A stretch of DNA of 64,000 bases. Origin: Blastocatellia bacterium (GTDB lineage: Bacteria; Acidobacteriota; Blastocatellia; UBA7656). The DNA is taken from positions 768,001 through 832,000 of the forward strand of contig CAVXWP010000009.1 in the NCBI GenBank assembly GCA_963765495.1. The letters are read 5' to 3'. Shown here one piece after another: positions 50,626-61,724 of this stretch. Position numbers and translations under genes: made by a program. Below the pieces are notes generated by a model, which ran no database searches, was not told where the DNA came from, and worked only from the letters and a program-made list of their open reading frames with translations. Position 1 is the stretch's first letter. Each line of letters starts with the position of its first letter.

Positions 50626-51675
50626 TCACTTCTTTGTCGCAGCCGCTTTCTCTCTCAGTTTTTCTACAATCTTTTTGAACTGTTCGATCTGGGCTTGAAC
50701 TTTCTGGTCGCCGTTTTTCGGGAGGGTTTTAATATAAGCCTCAAGCGCGTCGGCCGATTCGCTATATTGCTGATTCAGATTATACAGCTTGGCAAGTTCG
50801 AAATAGGAATCGGGCACCTGGCTGCCCGCCGCATCGGCGACCTTCTTCAGTCTCTGAATCGCCTCTTCCCGTGTTGTCTTGTCTTCGGCCAGCGTCATCC
50901 CGAGCCGCATGTTGGCGTTTATCGAATCGGGGTTTAGTTCAAGCGCCTTTCTGAGCGCGCCTATGCCCTCCTCTCGTTGTTTCAATTCAAGCAGGGTGAC
51001 GCCGAGCGAGTAAAAGGCCCTGTAGGCATCTTTATTTATCTCAACTGCGTGAGCCAAAAGCGGGCGCGCAGCCTCATATTCTTGTCGTTTGAGATACTCT
51101 GTGCCGAGCATTTCAAGAGCGTAAAAGTAATCCGGGAAAAGCTCTATGGCCTTCTTCAGCGAGGCCGCCGCCGAATCGAAATCATTCTTATCGAGGCTCT
51201 TCATACCTTTCATAAACTCTTCCCTGGCAGGGTCCGGGATTTCCTGATGAAAGGTTGTGGCGTCTGCGCCCGTTGGACCTTTGGCGGCGTTCGTGGTTTT
51301 TGGCTGGAATCTGAACTCGACCCTGAATATCTCACCGCCGCCCGTGGTGCTCATGCCGATAGGGTTGACTTCGACCCTTTCGGTCTGCTGATCGTATTCG
51401 CCTCCGATTGGTTCTACCCTGACGTAAAACGTTCCGCGCGGCACGCCCTGCAATCGGAAGCGCCCGGCTCCGTCCGTGTAGGCCAGCCTGAGTTGGCCGT
51501 AGCCGTCATCCAAAAGAAAGACGCGGGCATTTTCAAGACCCTGATTGTTACCGACCGTCACCCGACCTTCGATAGTGTTAGACGAAGGCCGAATACTTGT
51601 ATCCTGAAGGATTGGATTGATCGTTCCGCCAAAACCGACAAAGACCGATAAGCTGAAGAGAAAGACTAGAAACAC
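50626..51675 (-). CDS. Secreted carboxypeptidase-regulatory-domain + TPR protein (paralogue 2)
   Basis: NTIEGRV...YTDGAGRFRL...GGEIFRVEF...FPDYFYALE, then TPRs. Confidence 0.8.
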   Translation of the reverse strand: MFLVFLFSLSVFVGFGGTINPILQDTSIRPSSNTIEGRVTVGNNQGLENARVFLLDDGYGQLRLAYTDGAGRFRLQGVPRGTFYVRVEPIGGEYDQQTERVEVNPIGMSTTGGGEIFRVEFRFQPKTTNAAKGPTGADATTFHQEIPDPAREEFMKGMKSLDKNDFDSAAASLKKAIELFPDYFYALEMLGTEYLKRQEYEAARPLLAHAVEINKDAYRAFYSLGVTLLELKQREEGIGALRKALELNPDSINANMRLGMTLAEDKTTREEAIQRLKKVADAAGSQVPDSYFELAKLYNLNQQYSESADALEAYIKTLPKNGDQKVQAQIEQFKKIVEKLREKAAATKK

Positions 51676-51915
51676 GGTGAAATCCTCCTAAAGAAATGTA
51701 TTTGCGGATGCGAAGAAACTGCTAAACGGCGCGCCTATTCTAGCAGATATGTCGATACCAATCTATCAGGGTCAGGGCAAAATCAGCGCCGTCGAGCCAT
51801 CTGCGGCAAATCTCGCTCCACGAAGGGAGAAGGACTTCAAGTCGCAAGGGATTTGTCATTTTCATTGAGCCTGGCTCAAAGCCGCCACCTACTGGCGGCA
51901 ATAGATAAAAGATCA

Positions 51916-52052
51916 TCCAAAATTTTGAATGAAATTCCAAAATTTTGGAAAGCCTACGAACTTTACAAACGAATGGAAAGAGGCTGAAAAGAGCTAAGTA
52001 AAAGATATTACTATCTTAACCTGAAACGCTGAATCTTGGGTATCAAAGTTGC
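51916..52052 (+). promoter_or_regulatory. Sigma-54 promoter with paired palindromic enhancer (receptor 2)
   Basis: TCCAAAATTTTGAA (51916-51929) and TCCAAAATTTTGGA (51936-51949); GG-TATCAAAGTT-GC at 52039-52052. Confidence 0.7.
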
Positions 52053-52207
52053 CAGGAAGGGCGGCTACGGGGAATTCCTATAATATTGCGAATGAACAAA
52101 ACCGAGGCTCCGAACTTCGCAGTAGGATAGGAAAGCTACTTCCCAATCTTAGCTAGAGATCAAAGACCTAAAATTTAGGATATCTGTATTTAGAAGGAGG
52201 AGAATCT

Positions 52208-55200
52208 GTGAAAAGAGTTTCATCACTAAGAGGTTATTACCGTAAGGTGAGCAGCTTCTTTTTGCTCTTGGCTCTCTTGATCGGCCCCGGCTCTGCATTC
52301 ACAGTGCTGGCGTCGCAGGAGGTAAGCGGCAATATCGAAGGTACATTGAAAGACTCAAGTGGAGCGGTCATCCCCAATGCAGCCGTCTCTGCAACGAGCC
52401 CGCAGCGCACCTATAACGCAACCACCAATGACGAGGGCTATTACAGGTTTAACAACCTGCTGCCGGGCGTCTATACGGTCACGGCCAGCGGTACCGGCTT
52501 TGGCACGGTCAAGCGAGATGAAGTAACGGTCGAGCTTGGGCGCACGCTGCAAGTAAACTTTGAATTGAAGCCTGTTGCTTCGGGTGAGTCGGTCACTGTA
52601 ACCGCGTCAGACGAGCCAATCGTTGACATTACCTCGAGCAAAACGGCCACCAACATCAGCAAAGAGAAGATTGACATCCTGCCGAAAGCCAGCCTCAACT
52701 TCTCATCCGTGATTGATGTCGCTCCCGGCGCTCGCAACGAGCCTCGTTCGGGGCAGTTCCAGATTGACGGCGCGTCAGGCTCCGAGAACGTCTTTGTTAT
52801 CGACGGCGTCGAAGTCACTCGCGTCATCGGTGGTACGCTTGGCTCGACCAAGAACATACCCGTTGATTTCGTTCAGGAAGTTCAGATCAAGAGCGCCGGT
52901 TATGAAGCGGAATTCGGCGGCGCGACAGGCGGCGTTATCAACGTCGTGACAAAAGGCGGAACCAACGAGTTCCACGGCGAGGGTCGTCTTGGAGTACAGC
53001 TCCGACACCTTCCGCGCCGAAGACAACCCGACTCTGAGGATCGTTCCGTCCGACCCGACGGCGCAGACCTTTGAGTATTTCAATAATCCGAGCGGCAAGG
53101 ATGATACACGGTTCCTGAATCCGACCTTCCTGCTCAACGGACCGATCATCAAGGACAAGCTCTGGTTTTCAATCGGAGCCGCGCCCGAATACACCAAGAC
53201 GACCCGACTGGTTCGCCAACTCACTCCCGTCATCTCGGGTGATCCCACAAGAACTCTGATCAATTCACGCCCGATTACCCAGAGAGTGCGCAACGATTAC
53301 AACATCGTTCGTCTTGACTGCCTCGCCGTCGAGCAAGCTGTCGGTTTACGGCAACTTCATTCACACTCCTTTGAAGACCGAAGGGATCTTGAACTTCGGC
53401 TCTTTCACTTCCGGGTTCGATACAACAAGCGCTACTACGCTTACCGAATCCGCGTTATGATTTCCAGGGCGGTTACACCCCTGCATGGCAGGCTTCTTTT
53501 GGCGCGAACTATAGCGTCACCCCGCACCTGATCGTCGCTTTCCGAGGCGGCCACACATACTTTAATGACAAGGGCGGCAGCTATGACATCCCGGTCAATA
53601 CGCCGAACCTGATCATCAGCGTTCCGTGCACTTCGACCAGCAACAATGCCGGCCCGTCCAACTGCACGCCGTTTACGACCTGCAACCGGTGCGAGCATCG
53701 TCACAAACCAGACGACCTCGTTCGACATCACTCGTCGTACGAACCTCAACTTTGACGCCACCTACATCGGTCGCTTGCTCAATCAGCAGCACACGATCAA
53801 GGGCGGCTACCAGACAAACAGGATCAGCAATGATGTTTTGTTCGGTTTTTCAGGTGGCAGATTCCAGTTCGTCTTCGGACGAGCCAGACCCAGCGGACCG
53901 AGGTACCTACGGATATTACGTTGCTGACGAGTTTGCGCGTTCAGGGTAAGGTCAGCAGCAGCAACCAGGGCTTCTTTATTCAGGACTCCTGGCAGGTTCA
54001 TCCGCGTCTAACTCTGAACCTCGGTCTGCGCGTCGAGAGTGAATTCCTTCCTTCGTTCCCGATTGACCGCGCCGGTCACCCGGATATTCCCGAAGGTCAT
54101 CGAAGCCTCAACCAAGCCGATTGATTTCGGATGGGGCGACAAGATTGCTCCGCGTATCGGCGGCGCGCTTGACGTTTTCGGCGATGGCCGATTGAAGATT
54201 TCCGGCAGCTACTCGGTATTCTTTGACACGATGAAGTACAACCTGCCGCGCGGTTCGTTCGGCGGCGAAATCTTCCTCCGCACTTTCCGCGAACTGAATA
54301 CGGCTGATGTCTCGGGAATCAGTCTCACGAATCAGCCCGGCAGAATCATTTCGAAGGTCCGGCAGACCTTCGCTTCCCGGCCAACGTCAATCTGCCCGGC
54401 GAGCGTCCCGGCATCGACCCGGACCTCAAACCGTATCGCGAGCACGAGTTCTCTTTTGCCGGCGATTACACTTTCGGTCGCGACCTCGTTGTCGGCGCGC
54501 ATTTCACCCGCAAGGTGCTTGATCGCGCAATCGAAGACATAGGCGGCGTCGACCCGGTAACGGGAACCGAATTCTTCACAATCGGCAACCCCGGTCGCGG
54601 GATTGCCGTGGATGCATTCGATCCTCCGACACCGGATGCGATTCGTGAATACACCGGATTAGAGCTTCGCGTTGACAAACGCTTCTCGAATCACTACTAC
54701 TTCAATGGTTCTTACCTGCACAGCAAGCTGTATGGTAACTACTCCGGTCTTGCAAGCTCGGACGAAAATGGTCGTACGGACCCGAACGTCAACCGCTACT
54801 TCGATCTGCCGTTCCTGAACTTCAACACGGATGGCTCGGTGCAAAAGGGTCGCCTGGCGACAGACCGCCCGAACACCTTCAAGTTCTTTGGTGGCTACCG
54901 TGGAGATTTCAACCTGTTCGGTAAAGGCATGAGCTTTGACGTAGGCATTGGCGAGCGCATTTATCAGGGTATCCCGCTCTCGACAGAAGTTCCGACATGG
55001 TTGAAGCCGGAAGCGGCGCGGCGGCATTTCTTGCCGGACGTGGCGATGTCGGTCGGACCCCCTGGTTTACGCAGACCGACGTGCTCTATACCCACTATAT
55101 AAACGTGAGCGAAAATGTGAAGCTTCTGTTCCGCATCAACGTGAACAACCTGTGGGATGAGCGCAATGCGACGGATCAGTTCCGCACCCTGCTCGGACCC

Positions 55201-55362
55201 GGCCAATCGCTGTTCTACCCGGATCTTGCGACCTTTACATCGGGTCAGGATTTCCGGCAGCGGATTGCCGACCAGCATCTGGTCACAGACCCGCGCTTCC
55301 TCCAGCCGAACGTCTTCCAGACACCGCGTGAGGCGAGGATCGCTTTCGGAGTCAAGTTCTAG
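52208..55362 (+). pseudogene. Second Oar-like TonB-dependent receptor, about 9 frameshifts (pseudogene or sequencing artefact)
   Basis: Fragments are colinear with the 45960-49073 paralogue from N-terminus to C-terminal PREARIAFGVKF. Confidence 0.85.
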
Positions 55363-55394
55363 TACTGAATCTCAGCACAAGAACTCTTCTTGTC

Positions 55395-55425
55395 GGCCCG
55401 TCCTCGAAAGGGGACGGGCTTTTTT
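55395..55425 (+). terminator. Rho-independent terminator
   Basis: GCCCGTCC-TCGAAAGG-GGACGGGC-TTTTTT. Confidence 0.85.
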
Positions 55426-55523
55426 GGGTCTGTAGTAGACCTCAATCAAGTAGACAGGGGATTTCAGGCGAGGCTTTCACTGTCTGAAGGTGTTTATGCT
55501 GAAGAATTACTGTGTGGAAAGGT

Positions 55524-56585
55524 TTATGATCTGGCCTTCTGTCTCATTTGATCGAGGACTTTTTTATACCGTTCGCGTAACTGCGTTTCGGCTTCGGGAT
55601 TGAGCTTGATATAGGTTTCCAAGGCGCTGACCGCTTCCTTATATCGTTCCTTCTCGGCATAAAGCTTTGCCAGATAGAGATAAGCGTCTGGAACCTGCTT
55701 TCCGGCCAATGCTGCCACTTTCTCGAAAGATTTTAGGGCTTCTGCATAGGTCTCCTTGTTATTGACTAAAATCATCCCCAATCGCATATTGGCATTGATC
55801 GAATTGGGATTTATTTCAATCGCCCGGCGCAGCGCCTTGACCCCCTCATCCGCCTGTTTAAGCTCAACACGCGCAACCCCAAGATAGTAATAGCTGGGCC
55901 AGGCATTTTTGTTGATTTCTGTAGCGTGCTCAAGTATCGGCACTGCCGAGTTGAAATCGTGTCGTCTCACGTATTCTGAACCGAGTTGCTCAAGAGCGTC
56001 ATAGTAATCCGGGAACAACTCAAGGGCCTGTTTCAGCGATTCAATCCCCCTATCGGCATCGTTCTCTTCTATGCTTTTTATGCCGGCGGCATATGCTCTC
56101 CTTGCCGCCTCGGGCACTTCCTGATAAAAGACGGCTTCGCTTGATCTCGCAGTAGCGCCACTCTTTTCATCGCCCGGCAGTCTTCTCGGCTTCAGTATAA
56201 AATCCGTGCGGAATATCTCTCCGCCTCTCCCGCCGCTCCGGCCATTTATGGCCACGGCTTCGATTCGTTGTGATTGTCGCTCGTACATGCCATCGGTCGG
56301 GTCTACCAGGATATTGTAAGTGCCTGATGCGACTCCCCTGAAGGTGAAGCGCCCGGAACCATCCGTATAAACAGTGGCGATTTCAGAGTATGCATCGTTT
56401 TGGAGAAAGACGCGCGCGTTGACTATCGGGCGGCGTTCAGGCGTCATGACCTGCCCGTCAATTGTGTTTCGCGCTTGAGCGATTGCGCCCACGGAAAAGA
56501 ACTGTCCGCCCGCAAATACCATAGCGATAAACAATGATGTAATCACGTGCTGTACCTCCCGCAAAGCGATTGATTTGAACGGCAT
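55524..56585 (-). CDS. Secreted carboxypeptidase-regulatory-domain + TPR protein (paralogue 3)
   Basis: NTIDGQV...YTDGSGRFTF...GGEIFRTDF...FPDYYDALE, then TPRs. Confidence 0.8.
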   Translation of the reverse strand: MPFKSIALREVQHVITSLFIAMVFAGGQFFSVGAIAQARNTIDGQVMTPERRPIVNARVFLQNDAYSEIATVYTDGSGRFTFRGVASGTYNILVDPTDGMYERQSQRIEAVAINGRSGGRGGEIFRTDFILKPRRLPGDEKSGATARSSEAVFYQEVPEAARRAYAAGIKSIEENDADRGIESLKQALELFPDYYDALEQLGSEYVRRHDFNSAVPILEHATEINKNAWPSYYYLGVARVELKQADEGVKALRRAIEINPNSINANMRLGMILVNNKETYAEALKSFEKVAALAGKQVPDAYLYLAKLYAEKERYKEAVSALETYIKLNPEAETQLRERYKKVLDQMRQKARS

Positions 56586-56802
56586 CTGATCTGTGCGACG
56601 GGCGGCCTGATCCTCAAGACCGGCTTTATCTCGTCATCTATGTCGGATTTCAAAGATAAGGCAAGACCTGTTTTTGCCGCGAACTCAGTATTGGAAGAAA
56701 GATCATTCTAGCAGAAAAGGAAGCAATCACTCTACACTGTATTGCGCAAACCGCACGGTCATCACTCTCCTGCTTTTTAATTCGTATCGGCGCGGGTGAA
56801 AC

Positions 56803-58758
56803 TCAACCTTGAGAAGATTCTCCCTTGAGCCGGGCGCGCAGTGTTTCAAGATGCTGGGTCTCTCTTGCCGCGTCCGGCGCGTTCGGTTGTAGTTGCAAGT
56901 ACCGGCTCAATTGCTCTACGGCTTCCTGCACTCGCCCCCTATCGGAATAAGCATAGGCCAGAAACTTATAGGTCTCGGCGTATTCGGGCTCTTGCTGCCG
57001 CGCGATTTCGAGAAAACGTATGCCGTTTTGCGCGTCGCCCTCCTTGATATAGGTCGCGCCCATGTGAAAGTTGCTTATGAACAGGTCGGGCTGAATCGCC
57101 AGCGCGCGCGCGAAAAAAGCGCGTGCGCGTGCATAGTTCTTCAATTCGGTATCGAAGGTATAGACGTGTCCGAGCGTATCCCACAGCGCCGGAGATCTAT
57201 CATTCAGGCTCAGGCCCTTCTCAGCCAACTCGATGGCCCGGTCGAGATGCGAGCGATCTTTCGTTTGCGTGTACACCTCGATATGCGCCGGGGGCAGATT
57301 GGTCAAAACTATATAGTTGCTTGGATCAATCTCCAGACATTTTTCAAGTTCTTCAACGGCTTTGTCATATCGTTTCTCTTTTATGTATTTGTGGCCGAGT
57401 ATGTAGTGAGGCATTAGCTGTTCGTCCGCCACCTCCAGACCGTGGGTATAAAGCGCCATATCATCCTTCCATACAGGATTCTGGGCGAGGGATTTCCCGG
57501 TCATTAAGAGGCAGATGATTGCTACGATTCCCGCCTGTGCAACCTTGCGATTGCCGATGGAAAACCATTCTTCAAACGGCACTTTCACAAGCGCCAGAGC
57601 TATCAGTAAAGAAAACCCGATTGAAGGCAAATAGACGTAACGCTCCTGCACCATGAAGGCTTCGGCGAAGGCGCGAAGATTCAACACAGGCAGCAGGTGG
57701 ATTGCAAACCACAGCAGGCCGAATCGAGCGATCTGTGATCTTCGCAAAGGCCACATCCCGAGCGTGAGTGCGATCAGCCCGACGGCGGGCAAAATGAAAC
57801 GCGCGCTCAACGCGCTTTGAACCATAGGCGTTTCATGGAATAAAGAAAGATCAACAGGCCAGAACAAAAGCCCCAGATACTTGCAGATTACCAGAGGAAT
57901 TGTCAGCACAACTTCCAGGTTAGTGCCGTGCGTAAATGAACCGTCATTGAGCCAGAACCCTAAAGCGTTGCGCCTACAGACGAGGTAGAATGCTATGGGC
58001 ACTATGAATATCGCCGCATTGATCGCCGACTGTTTTATCCGCTCCAGAAGAGGCTTTTCCAGATTGATGACGAATATTTCGTAGGCCGCGATGAAGATCG
58101 GAAGAGAGATGGCCGACTCTTTTGTGAAGGCCGCCAGCAGGAAAAAACCAAACGCTCCCGCCAGATATTTCGATCCCCCTTTTTCGCGATAGATCATGTA
58201 GAGATAAAATGCCGCCAGCATAAATACAGCGAGCAGAGGATCGCTGATGCCGCAAAGCCAGGCTATTGATTCGCTCCGCAAAGGGTGAACTGCGAACAAG
58301 ACCGCCGCAATCGCCGTCATCTTCAGGTCGCCCGTGATTCTTTCAAGTATCAGGAATGCCAGATAAACGACCAGCAGATGGACGAGTATATTGGCTACGT
58401 GCCAGCCGAACGGGTGGTCTTCAAACATCCACCAGCAGACCATCTGGTAAACCGCAAACACCGGGCGGTAATATGCCGAAGTGGGGCCTGTGTCTTTGTT
58501 CGGATCCTTGTCCTGAAGCACACGGTAAAACCATAGCTCTTTTGTGAATACCGTGGGTATATTGGAAAAGTTGCGAACGAGTTTATTTTCAAGGATAAAA
58601 GTATTGTCGTCGTAGGCGAATTGATTAAAGACCGAGTTTGAGAATGCCAGAAACGTGATGCCAAGTATTATCCCTATCACCCATCGCCGTGTAGTATGTG
58701 ACTCTGAAACGGCGTGCCGACGTTCCTTCTTTGTGCGCACGCGACTCTTCTTGCCCAT
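56803..58758 (-). CDS. TMTC-like GT-C membrane glycosyltransferase with C-terminal TPRs
   Basis: FAYDD loop, YYRP, HPLRSESIAW, KESAI, ERYVYLPS; many TM helices followed by TPRs. Confidence 0.8.
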   Translation of the reverse strand: MGKKSRVRTKKERRHAVSESHTTRRWVIGIILGITFLAFSNSVFNQFAYDDNTFILENKLVRNFSNIPTVFTKELWFYRVLQDKDPNKDTGPTSAYYRPVFAVYQMVCWWMFEDHPFGWHVANILVHLLVVYLAFLILERITGDLKMTAIAAVLFAVHPLRSESIAWLCGISDPLLAVFMLAAFYLYMIYREKGGSKYLAGAFGFFLLAAFTKESAISLPIFIAAYEIFVINLEKPLLERIKQSAINAAIFIVPIAFYLVCRRNALGFWLNDGSFTHGTNLEVVLTIPLVICKYLGLLFWPVDLSLFHETPMVQSALSARFILPAVGLIALTLGMWPLRRSQIARFGLLWFAIHLLPVLNLRAFAEAFMVQERYVYLPSIGFSLLIALALVKVPFEEWFSIGNRKVAQAGIVAIICLLMTGKSLAQNPVWKDDMALYTHGLEVADEQLMPHYILGHKYIKEKRYDKAVEELEKCLEIDPSNYIVLTNLPPAHIEVYTQTKDRSHLDRAIELAEKGLSLNDRSPALWDTLGHVYTFDTELKNYARARAFFARALAIQPDLFISNFHMGATYIKEGDAQNGIRFLEIARQQEPEYAETYKFLAYAYSDRGRVQEAVEQLSRYLQLQPNAPDAARETQHLETLRARLKGESSQG

Positions 58759-59216
58759 TTGATACCTGTATTTGAAGTGATGTTAATTAATTCCCTAAAT
58801 TCACTTGCCCTGGTAATTTATTGTGCGGGAAATGTTATCGCAGCCTATGAGGGGTGTCAAATGGGTGGAATACGTATGCCTCGCGTTTATGGTTGAATGA
58901 AATTTCCTCAACGATCTTGCCGGGAGCTGAGCTTTGGATGGGACGCTACTTGACGAAACTGCTCCCGGCTAAGTAGAGTAAGGCGCACAGCAGGAATAGG
59001 ACTGATAGAGCCTGTTTCATAATTCTGAGCGTCCTTTCGAATGCTAAAACCGAGAGTCGTTATGGACAGTTTTTAGAAACGAATGCATTGCTCCTCATCG
59101 GGCAGTGGAATTCCTGATCTGAAAATGCAAGAGTCTGTGGCAGGGCTCGCCGAGAAAACAGACCCGTTGCATCGGTGAAGTATGATCAATCGGGGTAATC
59201 AAGGGGTAGTTCCTTA

Positions 59217-59966
59217 ATGAACATCAATGAGTATGAAGAGATGTACAGGCTTGAGAATTTTTACTGGTGGTTTGTCGCCCGCCGAAAGTTGCTCAGACAA
59301 TTAATCACGGAGATTGTCGGCAAACTCGATAAACCCGCTATTTTGGATGTAGGTTGTGGGACCGGCATGAATTTTTCGATCCTCTCACAATTTGGAAATA
59401 CCTTCAGCAGCGACGCATCGGAAGAGGCGCTTAAATTCTGCAAGTCGCGATCCATGAACGGCCTTGTTTGTTCCCGATCCGAAGCGCTTCCTTTTTCCTC
59501 AGAGAGCTTCGATATAATAACCGCGCTCGATGTGCTGGAGCATATTGATGACGATCTGAAGGCGATGGGAGAGTTGCGGCGCATCATGAAGAGCGAAGGG
59601 AGGCTGGTCATTACGGTTCCCGCTCACGGGTTTCTCTGGAGCGAACACGACGAAGCGCTGCATCACAGACGCCGCTACTCGGCTTCCGAACTCAGAAACA
59701 AACTGGTTGCTTCGGGCTTTAAGGTAGAGCAGATGAGCTACTACATAACGATTCTCTTTTTCCCGATTCTCGTCATGCGTTTCCTTCAAAGCCTGCGAAA
59801 GAATTCAATCTATCCTAAGACATCTCACATCATCTTGCCGGGCTGGCTAAATTCTTTTCTGATAGGTCTGCTCGATTTCGAACGGATATTGCTCAAGTGG
59901 ATTCGCCTTCCAATCGGCGTCTCGATAGTCTGCCTCGCAAGAAAAAGCGACGACCATTCTTCCTGA
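59217..59966 (+). CDS. Class I SAM-dependent methyltransferase
   Basis: ILDVGCGTG, LDVLEHI, WSEHDEALHHRRRY. Confidence 0.9.
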   Translation: MNINEYEEMYRLENFYWWFVARRKLLRQLITEIVGKLDKPAILDVGCGTGMNFSILSQFGNTFSSDASEEALKFCKSRSMNGLVCSRSEALPFSSESFDIITALDVLEHIDDDLKAMGELRRIMKSEGRLVITVPAHGFLWSEHDEALHHRRRYSASELRNKLVASGFKVEQMSYYITILFFPILVMRFLQSLRKNSIYPKTSHIILPGWLNSFLIGLLDFERILLKWIRLPIGVSIVCLARKSDDHSS

Positions 59967-60211
59967 ATCCAACCGAGGACAATTTTGAGCCGCTATTGGC
60001 CCCTCCTGCCGCCTTATCGCCCTGCCTTCGACCAGCAAAAGGCGGGGAGAGAAGCCTCCTGCATTTGATTTGAAAAGCCGCCTTTTTGGGATTAAAGTGG
60101 CCTTATATTGCTTACTTGAGCGAAGCGGACTGCTTGTGAAGGTTCCAGAGCATTGTTTATCAGAGCATTGTTTAAACGGTCTGGCGTGCCGGACCCCACG
60201 AAAGGCCAACG

Positions 60212-61708
60212 ATGAATATCTTACTTTTATCAATGCCCGACTCATTCGAGCACATGCCGACAGTCGCCATAAGAATGCCCAACGGAGCGCTCGCCTCACT
60301 TGCCGGCAACATAGACGCGCATCATAGAGTCGCAATCGCAGACCTCGTGCTTGCCCAACGAAATGTGCGCGAGACCGTCGAGCGGCTTGTGCGCGAGACC
60401 CGACCCGACCTCCTCGGGCTTTCGATCATGTCGTTTCAGCGCAAGACCGCCAAAAAGATCATAGATTTTGTGCGCTCGATCAGTCCCGGTCTGCGCGTAG
60501 TCGTGGGCGGGTATGATCCGAGCCTTGCCGCCGAAGCCTATACCGATCAGGGTTCCGGCGAGGTCGATTTTATAGTGCGCGGCGAAGGCGAGATCACCTT
60601 TCGCGAGCTTTTGCGCGCTGTGGAAAATGAAAGCGGGTTTGATCATATTCAGGGTCTCTCATACAGAAGCGGCGACCGCTTTTATCACAACCCGGAACGC
60701 GCGGTAAGTTCACTTGAAGGCGCGGAGATTCGCCTGCCCAACCGCGCATCTCGCGTGCTTCATGGCTACACTATGCTTGGCCGACAGGTCGATGTGATAG
60801 AGACCTCGCGTGGCTGCACCTTTGATTGCAGTTTCTGTTCGATCATCGAGATGCACGGACGTAATTTTCACACCTATTCTTTTGATCGCGTAATCGCCGA
60901 CATACGCGATGCCTGTGCGCACGGCGCGCGCTCGATCTTTATCGTGGACGACAACATAACGCTCAACGTGCGGAGGTTCGAAGCCCTTTGCGAGGCGATC
61001 ATCGAAGCCGGGCTGAATCACATCGATTACATCGTGCAGGGGATGACTTCGGCAATCGCCAACCACGGCGAAACACTCGCCCCGTTGATGCGAAAAGCAG
61101 GATTTCGATATGTCTTTCTCGGCATCGAAAACATACTCGAAGATGATCTTCAGTTCCTGCGCGCAAGCTCGAAAAACAGCAAACGCGAGCAGGGGCACAG
61201 GACGGGCAACGCGACCTTGCAGGCCATAGAGTATCTCCACCGGAACAAGATGTATGTCGTCGGCGGGTTGATAGTGGGAAACCCGGACGACACCCGCCAG
61301 TCCATCGAAGCCAATCTGAAATTCGCCCGGCGCTATATTGACTGGCCTTACATCCAGCACCCGACGCCTTATCCCCGCACTCCTATGACGAAAGAGTTTC
61401 GAGACCGTGGATTGATAATCAATGAAAACCTTGAAGAGTACGACGGGACCACGGCAGTTGTAAAAAGCGAGCACCTGTCGGCCGAAGAGATCGAATTCAT
61501 GCGGTGGAAAGAGGATCGCTGGATGAAGGTGCGCCACATGCCCGTAGCGCTCTTTCACGACCCGGTCTTTGTCTTAAAGAACGCGCCGCAGATGTTTGCG
61601 CATACTTTCCGTGGCAGTACGATCAAGACCGTGATCGGGCTTGAAGACGAGCGCAAGGCATTCGAGCGATACCGCGCCCTCAGAAAAGCCGAGAGAGCCT
61701 ATATCTGA
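60212..61708 (+). CDS. B12-binding radical SAM protein (BchE-like)
   Basis: N-terminal cobalamin-binding region (VVVGGYDPS); ETSRGCTFDCSFC; VDDN; FLGIE. Confidence 0.9.
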   Translation: MNILLLSMPDSFEHMPTVAIRMPNGALASLAGNIDAHHRVAIADLVLAQRNVRETVERLVRETRPDLLGLSIMSFQRKTAKKIIDFVRSISPGLRVVVGGYDPSLAAEAYTDQGSGEVDFIVRGEGEITFRELLRAVENESGFDHIQGLSYRSGDRFYHNPERAVSSLEGAEIRLPNRASRVLHGYTMLGRQVDVIETSRGCTFDCSFCSIIEMHGRNFHTYSFDRVIADIRDACAHGARSIFIVDDNITLNVRRFEALCEAIIEAGLNHIDYIVQGMTSAIANHGETLAPLMRKAGFRYVFLGIENILEDDLQFLRASSKNSKREQGHRTGNATLQAIEYLHRNKMYVVGGLIVGNPDDTRQSIEANLKFARRYIDWPYIQHPTPYPRTPMTKEFRDRGLIINENLEEYDGTTAVVKSEHLSAEEIEFMRWKEDRWMKVRHMPVALFHDPVFVLKNAPQMFAHTFRGSTIKTVIGLEDERKAFERYRALRKAERAYI

Positions 61709-61724
61709 CAGAGATCAAACCGGG

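Noticed and set aside
59006-59076. Possible IS5-like end remnants (TAGAGCCTGTTTCATAA ... TTATGGACAGTTTTTAG)
   Set aside because: The inverted match is too degenerate and there is no clear target duplication.
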